A stretch of DNA of 46,027 nucleotides, from NCBI GenBank assembly GCA_041576165.1, contig JBFGLM010000039.1, positions 1-46,027 of the forward strand, in the 5' to 3' direction. Under the pieces are notes generated by a model that worked only from the letters and a program-made list of their open reading frames with translations, made no database searches and was not told where the DNA came from. Shown one piece after another: positions 21,707-30,637 of the stretch (position 1 is its first letter; each line of letters begins with the position of its first letter). A program made the translations under genes and the position numbers. The stretch comes from Acidimicrobiia bacterium. Its GTDB lineage: Bacteria > Actinomycetota > Acidimicrobiia > Spongiisociales > Spongiisociaceae.

Positions 21707-22585
21707 TCAGATGGCGCCCGGGGAATCCTCGTCGGGCGGAATGGAAGGAGCAGCGGCGGCGGCAGGACCTGCGTCACGGCCGCGACCGCGGCGGCGCCGG
21801 GAAAGGTCCACGAGCGGGACGGCAATCAACGCCGACCACACCGGTGCCAGCCCGGCCACCCCGACCGTGCCGGTCAGTGCGCCAAAGATGGCCACGACGA
21901 GCGATGTGCGGCGTGCCGACAAGATCCGGGCGGGCGACATGACCTCGTTGCCGGTGTCAGTCGGCGCGGAAGGTCGGGGATCCGGGAGGATGAGACCGGC
22001 AATCACGCCAGCGATCACCGCAACGATCGCCGCCAGCGACCACTCGGGATCTATGGCCGGACGAAGGATCAGGAGCCCGGCGGTGGCCGCAGCCGCCGCT
22101 CCGAACGCAACCATCCGCTGGTGCTTCGGCGCCGGACCGGGCAAACGGACGTCGCGAGCGAGCGCAAATGCCATACCCAAGCCGGCCATCCACCCGGCCA
22201 GGGTGCGTGCCCCGTAGAACGCCAAAGCAACTACGAGGAGATAGTCGACGTTAGTGAGAGGGCGCCCGGTGGAGCGGGTGAGAATACGGGCGGCCAGCAG
22301 GGCGGCCACCCCGGCGGCGAGCGCCGAGCGCCCCATGATCAGCCACATCACACCGGCGAGCAGGGCCGCGACAGTGGCGGTGGCATCCCGGTCGGGCTCG
22401 AGTTCACGGGCGACCGCCCAGCCCAAAAAGACGGTCACCATCAGATTGAGGCCGTCGGCGAGGGCTTCCCCGACCTCGCCGTCGGCGACGCCCACCCCCA
22501 CCCCCACCACGAACGCTACGGCGGAAAGGCCGATCGCGGCCAGGTTCGAGTTGTAGCGAAGGTCGAACTTGCGGAACAGGCTCAT
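21707..22585 (-). CDS. Hypothetical multi-pass membrane protein
   Basis: 292-aa ORF with many TMs and a WAVARELEPD motif. Confidence 0.75.
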   Translation of the reverse strand: MSLFRKFDLRYNSNLAAIGLSAVAFVVGVGVGVADGEVGEALADGLNLMVTVFLGWAVARELEPDRDATATVAALLAGVMWLIMGRSALAAGVAALLAARILTRSTGRPLTNVDYLLVVALAFYGARTLAGWMAGLGMAFALARDVRLPGPAPKHQRMVAFGAAAAATAGLLILRPAIDPEWSLAAIVAVIAGVIAGLILPDPRPSAPTDTGNEVMSPARILSARRTSLVVAIFGALTGTVGVAGLAPVWSALIAVPLVDLSRRRRGRGRDAGPAAAAAPSIPPDEDSPGAI

Positions 22586-22614
22586 GGCCCCGCCACGGTA
22601 GCCGCCCGGCCCTT

Positions 22615-22631
22615 TCTCAGGGAGTTCTTAG
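22615..22631 (+). promoter_or_regulatory. MprA-box-type direct repeat
   Basis: TCTCAG-GGAGT-TCTTAG, about 70 nt upstream of the 22701 gene; near-identical copy upstream of the response regulator. Confidence 0.75.
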
Positions 22632-22700
22632 GTCCTACTCATGTGATCCGTACCCGGCCGTGCGACGGTGTAGGTCCCAGCTCATGAAAGGAGACACAAA

Positions 22701-23309
22701 GTGAAGAAGCTGCTTGCCGGGATCGCTGTTGTCGCTGTGCTGGCCGCAGGTGGCATCGCCGCCGTGGGGCTGGTGTCGGGATCGGCGGTCGCACAGGACG
22801 ACGGGACGACCGGAGAACAGGAAACCACCAGGGTCCGCCCCACGCTGGAGGACGCCCTCGGGGAACTCGTCGAGGAAAACGTCATAACGCAGGAGCAGGC
22901 CGATGCGGTCGCCGCCAAACTCAGTGAGACCTTCGCGCATCGCGGCGACTTTGGGAGGGCTGGAGCGTCTGGGCTCCGCGTCCTCCGCACCTTCCTCGAC
23001 GCCCTCGACATGACCCCACCGGAGGTGGCCGAAGCTCTAGAGAACGGATCCACGATTGCCGAGCTCGCCGAAAACGCAGGTCTGGATGTCGAGTCACTGA
23101 TGGACGAAGCAGTCGCAGCGGCCGAGGCACGAATCCAAACCCATGTCGACGCAGGGCGGATCGACGCCGAGACCGCCGCCGAGAAGATCGCCGAGCTGGA
23201 ACAGCGGATCACCGATGTCGTGAATGGTGACGCCGACTTCGGCTTCCGCAGAACACAGGAGGGGCGGTTCGGTCCTCGCTTCGGAGCCGGCGAGGTGGGC
23301 AACGCCTGA
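22701..23309 (+). CDS. Secreted acidic helical protein (possible envelope-stress chaperone)
   Basis: AAGGAG RBS; signal peptide MKKLLAGIAVVAVLAAGG...AVA-Q; two related motifs (VEENVITQEQAD, VDAGRIDAETA). Confidence 0.8.
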   Translation: MKKLLAGIAVVAVLAAGGIAAVGLVSGSAVAQDDGTTGEQETTRVRPTLEDALGELVEENVITQEQADAVAAKLSETFAHRGDFGRAGASGLRVLRTFLDALDMTPPEVAEALENGSTIAELAENAGLDVESLMDEAVAAAEARIQTHVDAGRIDAETAAEKIAELEQRITDVVNGDADFGFRRTQEGRFGPRFGAGEVGNA

Positions 23310-23334
23310 GTTGGGGATCCAACTGAGTGATTCC

Positions 23335-23359
23335 GTGGGGCGCCGCCGAGGCGCCCCAC
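23335..23359 (+). terminator. GC-rich 10-bp hairpin after the secreted protein gene
   Basis: GTGGGGCGCC-GCCGA-GGCGCCCCAC. Confidence 0.6.
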
Positions 23360-23449
23360 TCGCGTGGTCCCTGTCGTATCGTTCAGCACTGGCTGGAGTA
23401 CCGTTGCCATTCGGCCAATCGACTTTCGTCGAGCGATGGGAAGTCACCG

Positions 23450-24253
23450 ATGTCGAGTGCCGGCGACCGAGATCAGCAGGGCGTGGTGGTCCACCTCCTT
23501 GAGCCGCGCGCGGTCTACGACCTGAACCTCGCCACCGATGAGACAAGCTTGATCCTGTCGAAGGCCGGTCTCGAGGAACGGTTCGGGCTCCGGGATATTG
23601 CCGTGCGAGAACGCAAAGGCGACGTCGTGCGGTTCTCGGCTGATGGGATCGATTTCGCTCTGCAAATGGTGGACACTCACCCGCTCGATGTCGTGGACAT
23701 GGTGCTGGACGCCCGCGCCGCGGCGCGAGGGAACGTCATAACCACGACCCGCCAGCCCCGAAACTGGCCGGAGATCGTCCCGCCGCCCGGCCCCGCCTTG
23801 GAAAGAGCGGATGACCCAGATTCGGTCTCTGACCCGCGGACGAGCAGAGCACCCACCCGGCGGCGGCGCATCCTCATCATCGTCTCCGGCATCGTGCTGG
23901 CGGTCCTGGCGGGCGCGTTCGTGGGCGACATGATCGACGAGATGTCCGGACCGGGAGTGGGCGATTCGGTCGAACTTGGCGGCCGGCTGGTCGTGCGCGA
24001 TGTGACCGGAGTCGGTGACGACACGCTGTCGCCGTTTTCCGCCACCGGCCCCTGGGAGCTCACATGGGAGAACCACGGGGCAGGCCCCGGTCTGACCGTG
24101 ACGGCCATTTCGGAGGTCGATCGTTCCGAGACGCCACTCGTCGTTGGCGAAACCGGCGATGTCGGTGTGGCGGGTCCCATCCCGGCGGGGGTGTATCGGT
24201 TGTCGATAGTGGCGGAGGGCGGCTGGCGGATCGTCGTCAGCGTCGAGGGCTGA
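23450..24253 (+). CDS. Hypothetical bitopic membrane protein
   Basis: Cytoplasmic N-terminal domain, RRRR followed by a TM, then a beta-rich C-terminal domain. Confidence 0.7.
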   Translation: MSSAGDRDQQGVVVHLLEPRAVYDLNLATDETSLILSKAGLEERFGLRDIAVRERKGDVVRFSADGIDFALQMVDTHPLDVVDMVLDARAAARGNVITTTRQPRNWPEIVPPPGPALERADDPDSVSDPRTSRAPTRRRRILIIVSGIVLAVLAGAFVGDMIDEMSGPGVGDSVELGGRLVVRDVTGVGDDTLSPFSATGPWELTWENHGAGPGLTVTAISEVDRSETPLVVGETGDVGVAGPIPAGVYRLSIVAEGGWRIVVSVEG

Positions 24254-24256
24254 TAG

Positions 24257-25666
24257 CTATCGATTGCCCGCCGGCTCGGAGAAGTGAGGCCGCCACCAAA
24301 AACCGACCACCGCCCCGCCGTCGGGGTGGTTGGCTGCGAAGGGCTCCCCACCGTGGCCCTCGACGATCTGGACGACGATTGCCAGTCCCAAGCCGGAGCC
24401 AGGCAGATTTCTAGCCGAAGTGGCGCGATAGAAACGCTCAAAGACACGGGGAAGGTCCTCTGGGGTGAATCCGGGGCCGTGGTCTCGGACCTCGAGGCGA
24501 TCCCGCCGGACGGTCACCTCGATCGGAGCTCCGTCTGGGCTCCACTTGTCGGCGTTTTCCAGCAGGTTCCAGATGGCCCGATCGAGCTGGCCTCGGCGGC
24601 CCGTCAGGGGCGCAGGCTCCGACTGGACACTGATCTCGCGACCGGTGCGCCGCCGGCTCCGTTCCACAGTCGTGGCGGCGACGTCAGCCAGGTCGAGCGG
24701 GACAGCCGCCTCGTCGGTGTTGCGATCTGTGGCGAGGTCGACCAGCTCCCCGACGAGTGAGCCCAGCTCTTTCAGCTCGGCATCGACATCGTCGAGCAGA
24801 TGTTTGTAATCCTCCGACGCGAGCTCCTCGGAGCGCAGCAAGACCTCGATGTTGGTCCGCAGCGACGTGAGAGGAGTCCGCAGCTCGTGAGACGCGTCCA
24901 TCACCAGCCGATGTTGTTGGTCTTTCGATTCACGCAGCGCGGCCAGCATCGTGTTGAACGACCGGGCCAGGCGCCCCACCTCGTCCTCACGGTCCACTTC
25001 GATGGGAACCTCCAGCTCCCTGGTTTTCGCGACCCGGTCGGCGGCAGCGGACAGTTCTTCGACCGGACGGACCGTCCGCACCGCGATGAACCACCCGGCC
25101 ACCGCCGCCACTGCCGCCAATACGACGCCGAACGAGAGGATGCGAGTCTGCAGCGCCGCCAGCACCGCCGCGTTCTCCGTGACATCGCGAGCAAACACCA
25201 GCGCGCCGCCATTCCTGGCCGGTAGCACCGCCAACCGGTAGGAACGATCGTCAACCCGGATGTCCGAGAAGGTGGGACCATCACCGTCGACCAGATCCTC
25301 CGGTACCTCGAACGCAGGTGAGCCTTCGACCCGGAGCGTCACGTCACCCGCACCATCGACACCTTGGACGATCAGGTCTGGTGAGATCAGCGCCGCTCTG
25401 CCATCTCGCCGCTCAAACGGACCAAACTCGCCGTCTCGGTTGCGGATTCGGGGGAAGCGGATGACCTCGGGTTGGGCCGCGCTGCCGGCGCCCACCAACA
25501 GGTCGACCGCACGGGGTGGCAGCTCGCGCATCCGTTCCCGCAGAAACGCATCTGCTTCGGCGTCGAGGGCCCGACCCGTGCTGAAGAGCGCCCCAGCACC
25601 AGCCACGGCCGAGACGGCGATGGTGCTGGCGGCCAGGATCAACGCGAAACGCCAGCGGAGACTCAT
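24257..25666 (-). CDS. mprB: HAMP sensor histidine kinase, MprB-like
   Basis: H-box DASHELRTPLTSLRTN, NLLENADKWSP, DHGPG, GSGLGL; ATG at 25666 overlaps the RR stop. Confidence 0.88.
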   Translation of the reverse strand: MSLRWRFALILAASTIAVSAVAGAGALFSTGRALDAEADAFLRERMRELPPRAVDLLVGAGSAAQPEVIRFPRIRNRDGEFGPFERRDGRAALISPDLIVQGVDGAGDVTLRVEGSPAFEVPEDLVDGDGPTFSDIRVDDRSYRLAVLPARNGGALVFARDVTENAAVLAALQTRILSFGVVLAAVAAVAGWFIAVRTVRPVEELSAAADRVAKTRELEVPIEVDREDEVGRLARSFNTMLAALRESKDQQHRLVMDASHELRTPLTSLRTNIEVLLRSEELASEDYKHLLDDVDAELKELGSLVGELVDLATDRNTDEAAVPLDLADVAATTVERSRRRTGREISVQSEPAPLTGRRGQLDRAIWNLLENADKWSPDGAPIEVTVRRDRLEVRDHGPGFTPEDLPRVFERFYRATSARNLPGSGLGLAIVVQIVEGHGGEPFAANHPDGGAVVGFWWRPHFSEPAGNR

Positions 25667-26355
25667 TGCTCTCGGAGCACGTAGCCGACCCCCCGGACCG
25701 TATGGATGAGGCGGGGTCGGTCGCCTTCCTCGCTCTTGCGCCGGAGATAGCCGATGTAGACGTCGAGTGAGTTCGAGCTCGTCGCGAAGTCGATTCCCCA
25801 AATCCGCTCATAGATCACGTCGCGTTCGAGCACGATCTCGGCGTTGGCCATCAGCAGCTCGAGCAGGTCGAACTCGGTCTTCGTCAGGTCGATCCGGAGT
25901 GCACCCCGGCGTACCCGCCGGCTCGGGAGGTCGAGCTCGAGATCGGCATACGTGAGCACGTCGGCGTCGGTGAGCTCGAGGCTCCGGCGCAGCAATGCGC
26001 GGATGCGGGCCAGTAGTTCGTCAAGCGAGAACGGTTTGACCAGGTAATCATCGGCCCCGGCGTCAAGCCCGGCGACGCGGTCAGCGACCTCGTGCTTGGC
26101 CGTGAGCATCAGGACGGGTGTGCGATCTCCGCGAGCCCGCATCCTGCGGCAGACCGTCAGGCCGTCGACGTAGGGCATCATCACGTCGAGGACGACCAGA
26201 TCGTGGCCTCGCTGATCCAGCGCCTGCAAGGCGGCAGCGCCGTCGCCCGCGATCGCTACGTCATAGCCTTCGAGCCGCAGCGCCCGGCGCAAGGAATCGC
26301 GGACCGCTCGATCATCTTCGGCGACCAGAAGCTGGGCACTGTGCGCGGTGTTCAT
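25663..26355 (-). CDS. mprA: OmpR-family response regulator, MprA-like
   Basis: AEDDRAVRDSLRRAL, LDVMMP, SNSLDVYIGYLRRK, LIHTVRGVGY. Confidence 0.9.
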   Translation of the reverse strand: MNTAHSAQLLVAEDDRAVRDSLRRALRLEGYDVAIAGDGAAALQALDQRGHDLVVLDVMMPYVDGLTVCRRMRARGDRTPVLMLTAKHEVADRVAGLDAGADDYLVKPFSLDELLARIRALLRRSLELTDADVLTYADLELDLPSRRVRRGALRIDLTKTEFDLLELLMANAEIVLERDVIYERIWGIDFATSSNSLDVYIGYLRRKSEEGDRPRLIHTVRGVGYVLREQ

Positions 26356-26378
26356 GGTCTCCAGGCTACGGCGCGACG

Positions 26379-26395
26379 CTAAGAACTATCTGAGA
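26379..26395 (-). promoter_or_regulatory. MprA-box-type direct repeat (autoregulatory)
   Basis: Minus strand TCTCAG-ATAGT-TCTTAG, ending 23 nt upstream of the RR ATG. Confidence 0.75.
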
Positions 26396-26429
26396 ACGGG
26401 CGCGGCACGCGGCTGCAATCCGCCGTCCA

Positions 26430-27431
26430 TCAGCCCGCAACCGAGATCGTGACCTCGGCGCTGTAACGGTCCTCCCCGTTCCACACCCAGGTGGCCTCGA
26501 TGACGTGCGAGCCCGGGTCGAGCTGGTCGAGAACGATTCCTTCGAGGCGGACCATCGTCCCGAACAAGTTGGTGATCGGCAGCTTGACCAGGTCGCCGGC
26601 CGCAGTTCCGTCGACCGTAACAACCACAGTGGTGTCTTCGGCCCGGAATGCTGCCTCATCGCCGCTGTCGTACGGGAGGTTGTAGAACCAGCCTTCCAGT
26701 AGGTAATAGGCATCGCCCCGGCCGATGCTGGCCGTCGCGGTACAGGCCGGGGTGGACCCGGTGCAGGTGCCGCTCAACCCGACGAGGTGGATCTGAGGGG
26801 GCAACACCACGGGCTCCAGACCGAGTCCCCGCGCCAGGAAGCTGGCCATTTGGGCGCGGATGACCTCGGCCTCAGGACAGAACAGGGTGCCGTCTGCGTT
26901 GCAACCAAGCGTGATCCCGGCCGCCGCGATGGCGTTGATGTTGGGCGCGTGCGTGCCGCGCACATCGGTGAAGGGACCGGTCGTGAGGGGAGTCAGGTCC
27001 AGGCCTCGGGCCAGGAACGACGCCATTTGCTCGCGGGTGACAAAGTCATTCGGACAGAAGACACCGGGTCCACAACCGAGAGTGATACCGGCAGCCGCGA
27101 TTGCACCGATGTTGGAGGCGTGGACGTTGCTCGCAGTGACGTCGCTGAAGGAAGGAGCGCTCGGCACCAGGTCCAGGGCGCGGGCGAGGAAGCTGGCCAT
27201 CTGCGCCCGCGTCACCGGCAGATCCGGACAGTAGGCAGTGCCCTCGGGTACGCAGCCACCCGTGATGCCGGCCCGGGCGATCGCCTCGATGTTCGGCTCG
27301 TGTGTCGTTGCGTTCTCGTCGAAGAACGTGCCGCCCGGTCGGTCGACCTGCGCGATGCCCCGATCCGGCAGGAGGACCGCGCCGGCCCCAACTACAGCCA
27401 CCGCAGCCAGCACGACTGCAAACCGGCGCAT
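26430..27431 (-). CDS. Secreted protein with three Cys-containing SLH-like repeats and a C-terminal beta domain
   Basis: Signal peptide MRRFAVVLAAV...; three copies of I.A.A.AGIT.GC...(Y/F)CP...V(T/I)R.QMASFLAR. Confidence 0.85.
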   Translation of the reverse strand: MRRFAVVLAAVAVVGAGAVLLPDRGIAQVDRPGGTFFDENATTHEPNIEAIARAGITGGCVPEGTAYCPDLPVTRAQMASFLARALDLVPSAPSFSDVTASNVHASNIGAIAAAGITLGCGPGVFCPNDFVTREQMASFLARGLDLTPLTTGPFTDVRGTHAPNINAIAAAGITLGCNADGTLFCPEAEVIRAQMASFLARGLGLEPVVLPPQIHLVGLSGTCTGSTPACTATASIGRGDAYYLLEGWFYNLPYDSGDEAAFRAEDTTVVVTVDGTAAGDLVKLPITNLFGTMVRLEGIVLDQLDPGSHVIEATWVWNGEDRYSAEVTISVAG

Positions 27432-27898
27432 CACACGTCCTCGATGTCGATTGACGCCAGCAGCTCGTTGGCGCTGGCCACCAGGGCTTCCCGATCGGTG
27501 TCGGCGACCACGACATACAGGCACCACGCCCGCCCGGACGCCTGGAAGAATCGCTGGACCCCAACCAGGCCCGTCAATGGACGCTGCATTGAGTTCGGAT
27601 CGAAATCCTCTGCGGCAAGTGGAAGAGGCAGACCGACGGTCTCAAACAACGCCTGTCCTACGTCGCGGCGGTTGTACTCGAAGAGCACGATGAGGATGTC
27701 GCCGGCGCGCATTATCTCAACGCCGCCGCTCCCGAAATCGCCCCGCTCCGCGGGAAGCGCAAAGTTGGCAGCGTGCAGAACTGCGTTGGTTTGCTCGCCT
27801 GTGCCGTCGGCGGCCAGCGCCGACGTGTTGGCGAACCTTCGGTAGATCTCTGCATCCCATCCGTCGGGTAGGTCGATGGTGATCCCGCCCCCTTGCAT
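27431..27898 (-). CDS. Hypothetical protein in the mau-like operon
   Basis: MQGGGITIDLPDGW...LHAANFALP...GDFGSG; TGATG overlaps at both ends. Confidence 0.75.
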   Translation of the reverse strand: MQGGGITIDLPDGWDAEIYRRFANTSALAADGTGEQTNAVLHAANFALPAERGDFGSGGVEIMRAGDILIVLFEYNRRDVGQALFETVGLPLPLAAEDFDPNSMQRPLTGLVGVQRFFQASGRAWCLYVVVADTDREALVASANELLASIDIEDV

Positions 27899-28572
27899 CA
27901 CGGCCACGCGAGAACTCCGGCCGCTACGAGCATCACCACCAGCTGAGCCGCAACCGCGGATCGGTGGGCGAGGGCGGCCCGGTACTGCATGCGGCGGTGC
28001 AGCTCGCGCAATGCTTCCGGGGTGGTGACGGACGCCACGGACCATAGGACGAGCGCACGGCCCGCACCGAAGACGGCGCCCAGGGATCCACCCATGACCC
28101 AGCTTCCCGACAGCAATGCCAGGGCGAACGTGGCGTAGACCGAGGCGGATGTGACGATCGTCAGAATCCCGGCCCCGAGCTGAAAGCCGTAGCCGGCGCC
28201 ATACACCCATCCCCGGTAGGTCGTGAGCCAATCCTCATTCACCTGGCGTTTGGGGGTCGGCAGCCGGACGACACCAAGGTCGAACAGGACTCCGGCCGCC
28301 ACCACAACGGCGGCGACGGCCGCAGTCCCCGCCGAGCTCATTTCCGACAACAACATGGCGCCGAGCGCGCCGAACAAGCTCCCGGTCAGGACGCCGCCTG
28401 TGATCGAGCCGATGAGGTAGGCAACTGCCGTGACTCCGAAATTCATGTTGCGTGACCGCTCGCCGAGCGGGTGGATGCTGGCCAGCATCGACTCTCCTCA
28501 GGGAGACCAGCTCGATCGAATCGCCCCAGTCATTGCCAGGACGATGGCAGCGCCGAACAGCGCCCCGGGCAT
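27898..28572 (-). CDS. MauF/DsbD-like membrane protein, predicted selenoprotein (UGA at 28500-28498 = Sec25)
   Basis: ATG 28572 overlaps the upstream stop; reads MPGALFGAAIVLAMTGAIRSSWSP-UGA-GESMLASIHPLG in frame into the 27898..28488 ORF; hairpin follows. Confidence 0.75.
28474..28489 (-). promoter_or_regulatory. Candidate bacterial SECIS hairpin
   Basis: GAUGCU-GGCC-AGCAUC starting 8 nt after the UGA; second hairpin CCGCUC-GGC-GAGCGG at 28470-28456. Confidence 0.6.
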
Positions 28573-29315
28573 CAGGTGTCGTCTCTTTCTTCGACGGTGT
28601 TCGGGTCGGGATACAGACTGGGGTCGCCCGGGTGGATTCCGGCGGCCGCCAGCTCGTCGTCGGCTCGCTGCTCCCGTTCCCGTCCCGTGCTGCCGTGCCG
28701 GCGCGGGTTGGTGGTCAGGCCGGCGTCGGCCACCGCCTGTTTGAGGAGCGACGCAACCTGACGCCAGGACCCGGCGGCACCTTCGCCGAGGGTGGTGCCG
28801 CTGGGGCCGTCGACGAGGATGAAATACGGCGACACCGGCACCTCGTAATCCTCCCAAGCTTGAGTGGTGGCGACCGTCGGCACGTGGGATGGAGCGAGTT
28901 CGCGCAACAGCGATTCGCTCTCCTGATCCAGCCCTTTGGTGACGATCACCAGCCGGGTTTGGTCTCCGGGGAGCTCGAGGTCGCGATCGGCGAAGGCCTC
29001 CCAGAAACCGCGACAGGTCGTACAGCCCGTCGTGAGAAAGGCCAGCAGCGTGGTGTGATCTGTGTTGACCACACCGACCTTCATCGCAGTCCCGGTCGGG
29101 GTGCTTCCCATCACGTCCCGAGCAGGGGTGGCATTGGGACGCGGCGCGGCGACGCCATCGCGCGTCTTGAGTTCGATGCGGGACGTCTGGCGGTTCTCTC
29201 CGTAGCCCATGTCGTGCAGGGTGCGCAGAATCTCGGCGTGGCTGCGCAGCAGCCCGGCGACGAGCAGACCGAGAACCGCCACGGCAAATATCACCACTAC
29301 GAGCAGGGTGGTCAT
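28572..29315 (-). CDS. MauD/TlpA-like membrane-anchored thioredoxin-fold protein
   Basis: N-terminal TM, FLTTGCTTCRGFW CxxC, cis-Pro VPVSPYFILVD; ATGA coupling. Confidence 0.85.
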   Translation of the reverse strand: MTTLLVVVIFAVAVLGLLVAGLLRSHAEILRTLHDMGYGENRQTSRIELKTRDGVAAPRPNATPARDVMGSTPTGTAMKVGVVNTDHTTLLAFLTTGCTTCRGFWEAFADRDLELPGDQTRLVIVTKGLDQESESLLRELAPSHVPTVATTQAWEDYEVPVSPYFILVDGPSGTTLGEGAAGSWRQVASLLKQAVADAGLTTNPRRHGSTGREREQRADDELAAAGIHPGDPSLYPDPNTVEERDDT

Positions 29316-30637
29316 GGCTGTCCCCACACTACTGGCACGTCGCCCGCGCGCCCGAAATGGAAATTGATGTGCGAGTTGCCAGCACTGTTGGAGTTGCGCA
29401 GCAGCCATTGGTTTCCTCGCACAACGCCGATCGTGTCTACTCCGTCTCCGTTCCAGTCACCAACGACCGGAATGTCATCGGGCTCGCCGTACCACACCGC
29501 AATATCGACCGGACCGGCGGCATTGGCAGTCCGCAACTGGAACTGCGAACCCCGCCGGACCCCGATCGTCGAAGGGCCGGTGCCGTTCCAATCCCCCGCC
29601 ACCGGGACGTCCCCCGCCTGACCAAAAACAAACTCGGAATCAGGACCGCCGGGGATGAGATCATTCCTCAACTGCCACCGCCCGTCTTTGAACGCTCCGA
29701 GGCCGCTGATCCCGTCCCCATTCCAGTCGCCCACGACGGGGATGGCACCGGCGTCGCCGAACTCGAGGACGATGTCGGGTGGACCCGGCTCCAGACTGTT
29801 GCGCAACAGCCAGGTGAGCTGGCCACCGAACGGGCCGTACTTGGTGCCGCGCACGACGCCGGGTGTCTTCGTCCCGTCTCCGTTCCAATCGCCCATCACG
29901 AAAACGTCGTCCGGCTTGCCGTATTCGAAGTTCAGTGTGGCGCCCTCACCGAGCGACTCGCTGAGGTACCAGGTCGTATCCCGCACCATCCCTGCCAGGG
30001 TCGAGGAGTTCGGGCTGGTGTGGAGGCAGGGTCGGTTGTGGAACCGGGTCCCATTGTCGGTGGCGCTGGCGGTTGTGCAGGTCGGGTCGAACTGCCACGG
30101 CGGGACGCAGGTGACGACGCGGCACAAGATCGGTCCGACGCAGCGCACGTTCTGATTGCATTGCCCGTAGCGGAAGCTCGTGCAGCAGGCTTTCCGGTTA
30201 CTGCAGCTCCCGTTGGCGCACCCGCACCCGCAGTCGGCACAGGTCCTCGAGCACAATCCGTTGGAGCCACATCCACATCCGTTGCAGTCGGCATTGCAGT
30301 CGAGGTAGTACCGGGGCATAGAGACGCCCCCCACGTCGCAGAAGCCCGATCCGTCGGCTTTCCACCAGCCGGCGGCGACGGTCCCCGGAGGACAGGTGTT
30401 GCTCCCGGTCAGGGTGCAGCAGAACTCCGTGTAGCCGTCACAGCAGAGATCGGTGCAGTTGCAGGTTGAGCCGTTGCACGAGCAGATGGCCGCATATGCC
30501 GACCCGGGCCGCAGGATGTACCGGAGCGGCGCCACCGTGAGCGCGGCGCCCACCAGGGCGGCTCTGGTGAGAAACCCCCTTCGGCTCGTTGTGCTGTCGA
30601 GCACCGCAGTGCTGCGCTCCATGAGCCAACTGCTCAT
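29312..30637 (-). CDS. Tat-exported Cys-rich MauA-like domain fused to GDWNGDG (FG-GAP-like) repeats
   Basis: SRRGFL Tat motif, AYA cleavage site, 28 Cys in about 155 aa including GSNTCPPGT...W...YYLDC, then four (V/A/M)GDWNG(D/T)G repeats. Confidence 0.85.
   Translation of the reverse strand: MSSWLMERSTAVLDSTTSRRGFLTRAALVGAALTVAPLRYILRPGSAYAAICSCNGSTCNCTDLCCDGYTEFCCTLTGSNTCPPGTVAAGWWKADGSGFCDVGGVSMPRYYLDCNADCNGCGCGSNGLCSRTCADCGCGCANGSCSNRKACCTSFRYGQCNQNVRCVGPILCRVVTCVPPWQFDPTCTTASATDNGTRFHNRPCLHTSPNSSTLAGMVRDTTWYLSESLGEGATLNFEYGKPDDVFVMGDWNGDGTKTPGVVRGTKYGPFGGQLTWLLRNSLEPGPPDIVLEFGDAGAIPVVGDWNGDGISGLGAFKDGRWQLRNDLIPGGPDSEFVFGQAGDVPVAGDWNGTGPSTIGVRRGSQFQLRTANAAGPVDIAVWYGEPDDIPVVGDWNGDGVDTIGVVRGNQWLLRNSNSAGNSHINFHFGRAGDVPVVWGQP

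Noticed and set aside
29312-30637. Bona fide methylamine dehydrogenase light chain (mauA), or a RiPP precursor
   Set aside because: No mauB or mauG, the expected quinone Trp is not evident, and there are many extra Cys plus a fused repeat domain; no radical SAM, YcaO or Lan enzyme is adjacent
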